DNA of 63,858 bases, filler included, from Sandaracinaceae bacterium (GTDB lineage: Bacteria > Myxococcota_A > Polyangia > Polyangiales > JADJQN01), in NCBI GenBank assembly GCA_947483975.1. It is 2 parts of 2 records of this genome, joined end to end, with 100 filler letters (N's around TTAATTAATTAA, not from the genome) between each part and the next. Parts side by side here need not be neighbours in the genome. Positions count along the whole stretch, not along the records: positions 31,993 to 63,858 come from CANKOL010000018.1; 1 more part is not named here. One strand, given 5' to 3'. This document shows positions 49,135-56,936 of the stretch, piece after piece. The notes below the pieces were generated by a model. It saw only the letters and a list, made by a program, of their open reading frames with translations. It was not told the origin of the DNA and searched no databases. The position numbers and the translations under genes are program-made. The first letter of the stretch is position 1; each line of letters opens with the position of its first letter.

Positions 49135-49422
49135 ATGGCAGGACCCGGCGTCAGCGGATCGGACGACAAGGCAGGCGACGATGAGCCCCTGCCAAGCTTC
49201 AAGGCCGACGTCTCAGGGACGCTGTCCGACGAGCAGCGCAGCGTCTCGGCGCGGGCGCTCTCGGCGGCGGACGATACTGTGAAGGGCGATCCAAGTGGCG
49301 CGCAGCGGAGTGGGCAGCACTGCTCGCACGGCTCGCACGGCTCGCACGGCTCGCACGGCTCGCACGGCTCACACGGCTCGCACGGCTCGCACGGCTCACA
49401 CGGCTCGCACGGCAGCTGGTAG
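49135..49422 (+). CDS. hxsA: His-Xaa-Ser repeat precursor peptide (HxsA-like RiPP precursor), 95 aa
   Basis: Acidic ~61-aa leader-like region, then HCS-(HGS)10-W-stop; RBS present; flanked by HxsD-like and radical SAM genes. Confidence 0.85.
   Translation: MAGPGVSGSDDKAGDDEPLPSFKADVSGTLSDEQRSVSARALSAADDTVKGDPSGAQRSGQHCSHGSHGSHGSHGSHGSHGSHGSHGSHGSHGSW
49318..49416 (+). repeat. 9-bp tandem repeat encoding 11 His-Xaa-Ser units
   Basis: CACGGCTCG units; variants TCA and AGC are synonymous Ser codons; the first unit is CACTGCTCG. Confidence 0.95.
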
Positions 49423-50523
49423 TTGGCCTCCGGGGCTGACGTGGTCGCGCGCATCGTTCAACGGACGGGCGGGGGCAACGACGAGGGGGCGGCCGCGAGC
49501 ATCGATCAACGGATCGCTGCGAAGCGCGAGCGCGTCCACATCCTCACGGGTGAGGTCTGCAACAACAACTGCACCTTCTGCATGGAGGAGGATCGTGACG
49601 GACGCAAAGTCACGAACTCTGCCACCAGCGATGAGTCGGTGCGGTGGATCCTCGAGCAGAGCGCCGACTGCGAGGAGGTGTGCTTCACGAGCGGTGAGCC
49701 GACGACGAATCCTCGTCTGCCCGTCTGGGTGAAGATGGCGCGAGCGGCCGGCGCGCGCCGTGTGAGCGTGATGACGAACGGTCGCGCGCTCAGCAATGAG
49801 CGCTACGCGAAGGGCCTCGTCGCCGCGGGCATGAATCGCTTCTACGTGTCCATCCACGGGCACGACGAGAAGCTCCACGAAGGGCTCACGCGCACTCCTG
49901 GCAGCTTCGCGCAGACCGTGGCGGGCCTCGAGGTCATCCGCTCGTTGAAGCGCTACGGCGTCGACCTGCACACGAGCACGGTGGTCACGAAGCGGAACCT
50001 GCCGCACCTCGGCGAGATCTATCGTTTCCTCCGCGGTCATGGCGTCGACCAGGTCGTGTTCAACGTCATGCAGGCGAACGGGCGGGGCGACACCTATTTC
50101 GAGCAGCTTTTCCCCGCCTACACGGACATCGCGGCGACGGCTGAGGCGTTCTTCGCAGAGCAGGCTCTGCGCGCGAAGGCGCCGGGCGCGGAGGCGCGCA
50201 CCATGGCCTTCCTCGTCGATATCCCGCTGTGCACGACGACGCGCCTGCCCGACTTCAATCGCGGCTACGTCGAGTCCTACGTGCACTACGAGCCGCCGAG
50301 CGACGCTCACGCCGCGCTCGGCGTGGACCTCGCCGAGGCGCGCAGCGCGGGCTCCGGTGGAGGGCTCGTGCAGCTTCGCAGGAGCGACCTCGACGAGGCC
50401 GCGCGGCAAAAGCGCCCAGCCTGCGCGACGTGCAAGTACGACGCGGTCTGCGAAGGCGTGTGGGGAAACTACACGAAGCGCTTTGGGTGGGACGAGTTCG
50501 TCCCCGTCGCTTCGGGCGACTGA
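49423..50523 (+). CDS. Radical SAM protein (HxsC-like candidate maturase)
   Basis: [26 protein letters not shown]...[12 protein letters not shown]. Begins immediately after the precursor stop (start TTG 49423 or GTG 49441). Confidence 0.9.
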   Translation: MASGADVVARIVQRTGGGNDEGAAASIDQRIAAKRERVHILTGEVCNNNCTFCMEEDRDGRKVTNSATSDESVRWILEQSADCEEVCFTSGEPTTNPRLPVWVKMARAAGARRVSVMTNGRALSNERYAKGLVAAGMNRFYVSIHGHDEKLHEGLTRTPGSFAQTVAGLEVIRSLKRYGVDLHTSTVVTKRNLPHLGEIYRFLRGHGVDQVVFNVMQANGRGDTYFEQLFPAYTDIAATAEAFFAEQALRAKAPGAEARTMAFLVDIPLCTTTRLPDFNRGYVESYVHYEPPSDAHAALGVDLAEARSAGSGGGLVQLRRSDLDEAARQKRPACATCKYDAVCEGVWGNYTKRFGWDEFVPVASGD

Positions 50524-50579
50524 TTCCATCGATGGTATCCTCGGCCGGCACCGCCGACTCATTCGGTGAGGGAGGCCCC

Positions 50580-50924
50580 GTGGAGCGCGAACTTCTTCTA
50601 CGCATCTCGGAACAGCTACGTGACCTCGAGCGCCGACTCGCGGTGATCGAGCGCGAGCGCGGACCAGCCCGGGGGCGCCCCGAGGAGTCCCACGGCGGTC
50701 CCTTCGAAGGCGAGCCGTGGAGCGAGAAGCGCCTCATCGACCGCATCGTCGACCTCGTCGAGGAGCGCTTCGTGCGAGTGCTCTCGCGACACCGGCACGA
50801 CGCTCACTGTCACGAGTCGCGCGAGCACGGCGACCGGGGGCACGAGCCTCGCGGGCGCGATTTTCATGGTGGTGGCGGGTGTCGTGAGTGCGGCGACGCG
50901 CACACCGAACGCGCTCGCCGATAA
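50580..50924 (+). CDS. Small coiled-coil protein with a His/Cys-rich C-terminus
   Basis: GGAGG RBS plus GTG; LRDLERRLAVIE; HRHDAHCHESREHGDRGH...CREC. Confidence 0.6.
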   Translation: MERELLLRISEQLRDLERRLAVIERERGPARGRPEESHGGPFEGEPWSEKRLIDRIVDLVEERFVRVLSRHRHDAHCHESREHGDRGHEPRGRDFHGGGGCRECGDAHTERARR

Positions 50925-51019
50925 CCTCTCGCGTCGCGCCGTGTTTGCGGCGGAGCCCTCCGGCACGGTACCGTGTGCTCCGAGACAGGCGCGCTCGGCG
51001 TCTCTCTTCAGGAGTCCCC

Positions 51020-52042
51020 ATGCGTGCTGCGGTGCTGTCGTCGGTAGTGCTCCTGCTCTCGCTCGCGGCGTGCGCGAGCGGCGTCGGCGGTGAGGCTGAC
51101 GCCGCCACTCCGCCTGCGAGGGACCTCGGTCCGCGCGATGGAGCGGTCCGCGATGGCAGGGTGCCGACTGATATGTCGGGCGGCGACCTCTGCGTCGGCA
51201 TCGTGTGCATGGCCTTCGAGTACTGCGACCGGGGCTCCTGCCGCAACTACGGCCCGTGCACGCCCGCCGGCGGCTGCGCGGCGGCCAGCGACGTCTGTCG
51301 CAATCGCTACTGCGTGCCCCGCACGAGCGACGTCGATGGCGATGGCGTCACGGCCGACACCGACTGTGACGAGACCAACGCGATGATCGCTCCCGGCGTG
51401 CCCGACACCTGCAACGGCCTCGACGACGACTGCAGCGGCACACCGGACGACGGTGCACCGCGCGTGCTCTGCCCGGCCGGCATGGGGGAGTGTCTCGCGG
51501 GCGTGTGTGGCTGCCCGCCGGGGCGCTTCGATCTCGACGCCAACCCGGACAACGGCTGCGAGTGCGCCGGCGAGCCCGCCGACCGGGTCGGGTCGAGCTG
51601 CGCGGCGCCCCAAGATCTCGGCGACATCGCCGACACCCCTCAGACGCAGACCGTGTCGGGCAACGCGCTGCCGGTAGGGCGCGAGGTCTGGTACCACTTT
51701 CGCGGAGTCGACTCCGCGGACACGAGCTGCGACGCGCTCCACGTGCGCGTCCAGTTCCTCACCAACCCCGACAGCAGCTTCGAGTTCACCGTGTTCCGCG
51801 GCGCGTGCGGCACGCTCCCCGAGGGCTGCACCGACACGGGCTATCAGGACTTCTCGTTCTCTACCGACTTCTCGACTGGGGCCGGCTCCACCGGAGAGTG
51901 CCCCTGCACCGTCACGCCGACGGCCGGCGCGAACGTGTGCGGGGACGAGACCGCCGACTACTACGTGCGCGTGCGGCGCGTCGCCGGCGTGCCGGTGACG
52001 TGCGCGAGCTACTCGCTCGAGCTGTCCAACGGCGTGTACTGA
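51020..52042 (+). CDS. Cys-rich lipoprotein, short member of the same paralog family
   Basis: AGGAG RBS; lipobox LAAC; DCDETNAMIAPG, CNGLDDDC, NGCEC; C-terminal YYVRVRR...CASYSL. Confidence 0.82.
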   Translation: MRAAVLSSVVLLLSLAACASGVGGEADAATPPARDLGPRDGAVRDGRVPTDMSGGDLCVGIVCMAFEYCDRGSCRNYGPCTPAGGCAAASDVCRNRYCVPRTSDVDGDGVTADTDCDETNAMIAPGVPDTCNGLDDDCSGTPDDGAPRVLCPAGMGECLAGVCGCPPGRFDLDANPDNGCECAGEPADRVGSSCAAPQDLGDIADTPQTQTVSGNALPVGREVWYHFRGVDSADTSCDALHVRVQFLTNPDSSFEFTVFRGACGTLPEGCTDTGYQDFSFSTDFSTGAGSTGECPCTVTPTAGANVCGDETADYYVRVRRVAGVPVTCASYSLELSNGVY

Positions 52043-52048
52043 GCGCGG

Positions 52049-53824
52049 TCAGCGCGCCGCAGAGCTCGACGGCACGGGCTGCATGAGTTCGTAGCCGTGC
52101 GCCCGGACGTAGTTGATGTGCAAGCCGCTGCACGTGTCGACGTGCGCGCAGGGCTTGCAGCGGAGCGACTTCGTCCGGTAGCGCTCGAGGATGTAGCGCT
52201 TGGTGTAGCGGAAGATCTCGAGCTGACCGGCCGCGTCCATCATCGCCGTGTCGAGCACCTCGCGCTCCTCGCGCGGCGCTCGGCCGGTGACGCACGCGGG
52301 GACGCCTTCGACGGGCACTGCGGCCGTGAACGCGGCGAAGAAACTCCCTAGCTCCACGTCCTTCTCCCGGCACTCCGTCAGACGCTCGTAGGTCGGCTGC
52401 ATCAGGGTGAGGCGCGCGGGCACCGGGGCGAGCGTGAGGAGCCACTCCGCGGTCTCCTTGGAGAGCGCGACCTGCACCTCGAACTCTGCGTGGAGGGCGA
52501 GCATCGCCACCGCGTCAGCCGGGCGTCGAACGAGCACGCGCGCGAGGCGGCGGCCGTCGAGGCTGCCGTCCGTCGTGAGCGCGTCTGCGAGCCCCGCGTA
52601 GTCGTCGAGCTCGAGCTCGAGCTCGAGCGCGCTCGCGCCGGGGAAGCGAGGCAGCTCAGCGAGCGCTTGCCGGAGGCTCGGCGCCGCGACGCGCAGCGTG
52701 TCGGCTCCCGCCGCGACGGCGAGCTGCGCGGGGCTGAGCAAAGGCGGCCGCGCAGCGGCGCCGCCGGGTGCCATGGGCAGCCCGACGCGACCATCTGCGC
52801 GGCGCGCGCTCGCCGGATCGCCCCCGAACACCGGGCTCTGCTGCGCCTCGTACTCGGTGTCGACGCGCACGACCTCGAAGCGCTTCGTCGCCACGGTCTC
52901 GCCCACGGCGTCGAGCGTGTCGCAGAACTGCTCGAGGTAGCAGTACTTGCACCTCGCCGGATCGCGACAGTCGAGCGCGACGCCGTCGTTGAGCAGCGCC
53001 GAGAATTCCTGCCGCCGACCGCGGACCTCGTCGGTGAGCTTGTACGGGTCCTGAATGAGGTGCTCGAAGCCCTCGAGGTGCTTCGGCGGGAAGCGATTCA
53101 TCCAGAGGTGCACGTCGGGCCGCCGCGAGAATTCCAGGGCCTCGACGAGGTAGGGCTGCATCGCCTCGAGGTCGTAGAAGAGCGTGTCGCGCCCGTCGGT
53201 GAACGCACGCCCGAACGGCACGACCTGCAGCAGATCGAACTCGCGCACGCCCTTCTCGTAGAAGCTGCGGAGCATCTCCGGGACGTGCTTCACGTTCGCG
53301 CGGTTGATGACGATGTCGACGTTGACGATCGGGCGCCCGTCCGCGAAGACGTTGTCGAGCCCGCGCATCTCCTCGTCGAAGGCGCCCTGCACGCCGACGA
53401 GCGCGTCGTGGATGCGGGCATTCGGTCCATGCAGGCTGAACGTGATCTCCGAGAGGCCAGCGTCGAGGCACTTCTTCAGGAACGGCGCGTACATGAACAT
53501 CCGACCGTTCGTCACGGTCTGCACCTTCCGATAGCCCGCGAGCGCACCCAGCTTGATGAACGCGACGTAGTCGGGGTGCATCGTCGGCTCGCCGCCCGAG
53601 AGGATCAGCCGCTCGGCGCCCTGTCGCCGTCCCTCGAGGATCTGCTCTTTGATCTCCTCACGATTGCGGATCTCACCGTCGTGCGTATCCGAGTCGAGGC
53701 AGAAGACGCAGCGGTTGTTGCAGTCGTAGGTGAGGCGCACCCAGTTGCGCTTCTCGTGCGCCGCGTCCTCGTGTCCGCGGAGCTTGTCCGAGCCCGTCGC
53801 CGCCCGCGTTTCTTCAGAGAGCAT
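52049..53824 (-). CDS. Radical SAM protein with a long C-terminal extension
   Basis: CNNRCVFC, SGGEPT, VTNG, SLHG; internal CKYCYLEQFC; terminal VPAC...CKPCAHVDTCSG. Confidence 0.9.
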   Translation of the reverse strand: MLSEETRAATGSDKLRGHEDAAHEKRNWVRLTYDCNNRCVFCLDSDTHDGEIRNREEIKEQILEGRRQGAERLILSGGEPTMHPDYVAFIKLGALAGYRKVQTVTNGRMFMYAPFLKKCLDAGLSEITFSLHGPNARIHDALVGVQGAFDEEMRGLDNVFADGRPIVNVDIVINRANVKHVPEMLRSFYEKGVREFDLLQVVPFGRAFTDGRDTLFYDLEAMQPYLVEALEFSRRPDVHLWMNRFPPKHLEGFEHLIQDPYKLTDEVRGRRQEFSALLNDGVALDCRDPARCKYCYLEQFCDTLDAVGETVATKRFEVVRVDTEYEAQQSPVFGGDPASARRADGRVGLPMAPGGAAARPPLLSPAQLAVAAGADTLRVAAPSLRQALAELPRFPGASALELELELDDYAGLADALTTDGSLDGRRLARVLVRRPADAVAMLALHAEFEVQVALSKETAEWLLTLAPVPARLTLMQPTYERLTECREKDVELGSFFAAFTAAVPVEGVPACVTGRAPREEREVLDTAMMDAAGQLEIFRYTKRYILERYRTKSLRCKPCAHVDTCSGLHINYVRAHGYELMQPVPSSSAAR

Positions 53825-53870
53825 GGGGCAAGGATACCGGCGGCGACCCCGATCCGGTAGGATGGCGGCG

Positions 53871-56153
53871 ATGTCGGACCGAATTCGCGCGCTCGTGGTG
53901 CACCCGCCAACCACGGTGTCGCGCGACTTCATCGACTACCCGTACTTCGCGGACCTCGGCGCGGTGCAGCTCGCCGCCGTCCTGCGTGAGGCTGGGCACG
54001 AGGTCGCGCTCGCCGACGCCTACGCGTTTCCGTCGTCGACTCTGCGCCCGCGCGACGATGGGCGCCTGCACCTCGGCGCGCCGGTGGAGGAGGTCGTCGC
54101 TCGCGCTCGGGCCTCGTTCGGCGATGCTGCGCCCGGGCTCGTCGTCGTCGCGCTCACGCCGTTTCATCGCCCTCCCGCCCGTGACGAGGTCCTCGGCGAG
54201 GTGCTCGCGGGCCTCCGCGCGCTCTGGAGCGACGTGCCCCTCGTGCTCGCCGACTGCTACCAGTCTGGCCAGCATTACGTCGAGTCCACGGAGTCCGCGA
54301 TCTTCGGTTCTTACCCGGAGCTCGACGCGTGGGTGAAGTACGAGGCGGAGCTCACCGTGCCCGCGCTCGTCGAGGCGCTGAGCGCGCGGGGCGAGCGCCC
54401 GCGCGGCGCCCATCGCGGAGCCTCTCCGGTGCTCGACGCGCTGCCCTTTCCCGCGTGGGACCTCGTCGATCTCGACGCGTACTTCGCGTTTCACGCGCGC
54501 GTCGTGCAGCACCTCGGGCGCAGCCGCTGGGCGTTCCCCATCGACGGGCGCACGCTGCCGCTCCTCACCTCGCGCGGCTGTCCGTTCACCTGCGTGCACT
54601 GCTCCTCGAACCCGGAGCGCGCGCCCGGAGCGCCGAAGACGCAGCGCCGCTACTCGGAGCCGCGCCTGCGGGCGTATCTCGAGACGCTCGTGCGCGTGCA
54701 CGGGGCGACGCGCCTCGAGCTCCTCGACGAGCTCGTCAACGTGAACGAGCGGCACTTCGACGCCGTGCTCGAGCTCATCGACGAGCTCGGCGTGCGCTTC
54801 GATGTGCCGAACGGGATGCGCGCGGACTACCTCGAGCCGCGGCACTTCGCGCGGATGCGCGGCAAGGTCACGACGGTGAGCGTCAGCGCCGAGAGCGGCG
54901 TGCAGCGCGTCGTGACCGAGGTCGTGCACAAGCAGCTCGATCTCGCGTGCATCAGCGCCGCGGCGGAGTACGCGCAGGCGGCGCGGGTCCCGCTGATGAT
55001 CCACTGGATCATCGGGTTTCCTGGCGAGAGCGCGGAGGAGATCAACGGCACGCTCGAGCTCGCGCTCGACCTCTTCGAGCGCTTCGACGCGATCCCCGCG
55101 GTGCAGTTCGCGACGCCGCTCCCGGGGACGCAGCTCGCCGAGGGACGCGCGCTGCCGGTCGTCAGCGACTGGGGACCGGCGTTTCAGCGGGTCCCTTCGC
55201 AGCCCGGGATGTCGGTCAGCGCAGAGGAGCTGCAGCGCTTCAAGTGGACCTTCGATCAGCGCCTGCGCGCCTCGCGCGGGCCCGAGAAGCTGATCCTCAA
55301 CGTCACCTACGTCTGCAACAACCACTGCACGTTCTGCGCGGTCGGGACGCGCACGCAGGTGGACGGGGACTCTGGCCGTCAGCGCAACCATCTCCTCAAG
55401 TACCGACGCGCTGGCGTGCGCATGGTGGACTTCGATGGTGGCGAGCCGACGCTCCATCCGGAGCTGGTGCCGCTGGTGCGCTATGCGCGCCGGCTCGGCT
55501 ACGAGCGCGTCACGGTGACGACGAACGGCCGGCTCTGCGCCTACGACGCCTTCGCCAAGCGCCTCGCGACGAGCGGCGTGACGACGCTCCTCTTCAGCCT
55601 GCACGGGCCCGACGCGCAGACGCACGCGCAACAGGTCGGCGTCGCGGAGGCGTTCGATCAGGCCGTGGCGGGCATCGAGAACTGCCTGCGGCACGCGCCG
55701 CCCGGGGTCGAGCTCGGCATGAACGTCACGCTGACGAAGGGGAACTACCGCAAGCTCGGTGCCCTCGCGCAGCTCTGCTTCGACCTCGGCCTACGCTGGC
55801 TCAACATCCAGTTCCTCACGCCCTTCGGCCGGGCGACGCGCTCGGTGAACCCGGACACCCGCGACGCGGCCGACGTCACGATGCGCGTGATCGATGAGTG
55901 GAACGATCGCCTCCGCTTTCAGGTGATCAACCTGCCGTTCTGCTTCATGCCCGGCTACGAGAAGTACCTCACCGGGGACCTCGCCAAGCTCTCGCGGCAT
56001 ATGATCTTCGTGAACGACGAGGACGTGAACCTCGGCGACTATCTCGCCGCGCGCCGCAAGCACGGAGTCGAGTGTGCGTCGTGCCCCCATCGGGTGTTTT
56101 GCGGGGGATTCTACGAGCTCGAGGATGTCCCCGAGCCTCCCTGGCTGTTCTGA
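53871..56153 (+). CDS. Double radical SAM protein: cobalamin-dependent-type rSAM fused to an HxsC-like rSAM
   Basis: N-terminal LVVHPP...LGAVQLAAVLREAGHEV (B12-binding-like), TSRGCPFTCVHC, ESG, IIGFPGE, TPLPGT; then a second domain CNNHCTFC, GGEPT, TTNG, SLHG, CASCPHRVFCGG. Alternative start 53862. Confidence 0.9.
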   Translation: MSDRIRALVVHPPTTVSRDFIDYPYFADLGAVQLAAVLREAGHEVALADAYAFPSSTLRPRDDGRLHLGAPVEEVVARARASFGDAAPGLVVVALTPFHRPPARDEVLGEVLAGLRALWSDVPLVLADCYQSGQHYVESTESAIFGSYPELDAWVKYEAELTVPALVEALSARGERPRGAHRGASPVLDALPFPAWDLVDLDAYFAFHARVVQHLGRSRWAFPIDGRTLPLLTSRGCPFTCVHCSSNPERAPGAPKTQRRYSEPRLRAYLETLVRVHGATRLELLDELVNVNERHFDAVLELIDELGVRFDVPNGMRADYLEPRHFARMRGKVTTVSVSAESGVQRVVTEVVHKQLDLACISAAAEYAQAARVPLMIHWIIGFPGESAEEINGTLELALDLFERFDAIPAVQFATPLPGTQLAEGRALPVVSDWGPAFQRVPSQPGMSVSAEELQRFKWTFDQRLRASRGPEKLILNVTYVCNNHCTFCAVGTRTQVDGDSGRQRNHLLKYRRAGVRMVDFDGGEPTLHPELVPLVRYARRLGYERVTVTTNGRLCAYDAFAKRLATSGVTTLLFSLHGPDAQTHAQQVGVAEAFDQAVAGIENCLRHAPPGVELGMNVTLTKGNYRKLGALAQLCFDLGLRWLNIQFLTPFGRATRSVNPDTRDAADVTMRVIDEWNDRLRFQVINLPFCFMPGYEKYLTGDLAKLSRHMIFVNDEDVNLGDYLAARRKHGVECASCPHRVFCGGFYELEDVPEPPWLF

Positions 56154-56252
56154 GCGTGGCGGTGAGCCCACGGCGCCATCGTGCCGAAGCCGGTGGGGGC
56201 GGGTTCTGTGGCGTGTGTCTCGTCACGGAATCGCAGCCGAGCGAGGTCAGGC

Positions 56253-56282
56253 TTGACCGCCGCGGACTATTCCACATAGAGT
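56253..56282 (+). promoter_or_regulatory. Putative sigma70 promoter
   Basis: TTGACC-N18-TAGAGT upstream of the Tat-protein gene, which has a GAGGAG RBS. Confidence 0.5.
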
Positions 56283-56325
56283 GAGAAGGTCTGTGTGGCC
56301 CCGGGGTCGCAAAAGAGGAGAGCCT

Positions 56326-56886
56326 ATGGCGAGCGTGAGAGACCGTGACGCAGATGTCGGCGCGAGCGAACCGGTGGCCTCTACCCGTCGGACCTTCCTC
56401 CTCATGGCGGGAGCGGCCTCGTGCGCCGCGTTGACCCATGGCACAGCGCAAGCGCTGTCCCCGAAGTCGAAGGCCCGGCGAGCCGCTGGCCAGGTCGCTC
56501 CGAGCGCAGCTGAGAGTCACGCGCTCATGCAGATGCTGCCGCCGGGCTTCGAACTGCACACCTCGAAGGTCGCAGCGGTGCATCCAGTCAAGCTCGGTGC
56601 CGTCGCGGTCGTGATGAGCCGTGCGGACGGCAGCGTCTTTCAGCTCGACGTGCTGCGCCGGTCGGAGGGCGATGGTTCCATCGCGCAGTCCTCGGGCTGC
56701 AGCGTGTTCGCGGTCAACGGCGGAACGGGCGCGTCGGCGACCTCGGAGCCCGATGGCCTCGCCGCGATGGCGCTCGCGCGCACGCTTGGCTCTGCAGAAG
56801 CGGCCGGGATGCCGGCGCTCGCTCTGCTCACGCACGGAGAACGTGCGCTTCGCAATCCGGCCGGCGCGTTCCGCGTCGTACGCTGA
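56326..56886 (+). CDS. Hypothetical protein with a twin-arginine (Tat) signal
   Basis: STRRTFLL, a hydrophobic stretch and an AQA cleavage site; strong RBS. Confidence 0.72.
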   Translation: MASVRDRDADVGASEPVASTRRTFLLMAGAASCAALTHGTAQALSPKSKARRAAGQVAPSAAESHALMQMLPPGFELHTSKVAAVHPVKLGAVAVVMSRADGSVFQLDVLRRSEGDGSIAQSSGCSVFAVNGGTGASATSEPDGLAAMALARTLGSAEAAGMPALALLTHGERALRNPAGAFRVVR

Positions 56887-56936
56887 CGAGGCAGGCGTTC
56901 GCCCTCCGCTGAGGAAGGCCGACGCTGGAAGCTCCC

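Noticed and set aside
49065..49454. Minus-strand ORF with (CEP)n repeats, and the (TAR)n and (SRA)n frames
   Set aside because: These are shadows of the HGS repeat. The HGS frame has an RBS, a candidate promoter, operon orientation and context with HxsD-like and rSAM genes.
56154..56325. Riboswitch upstream of the Tat protein
   Set aside because: No recognisable aptamer consensus; the region is adequately explained by a promoter and RBS.
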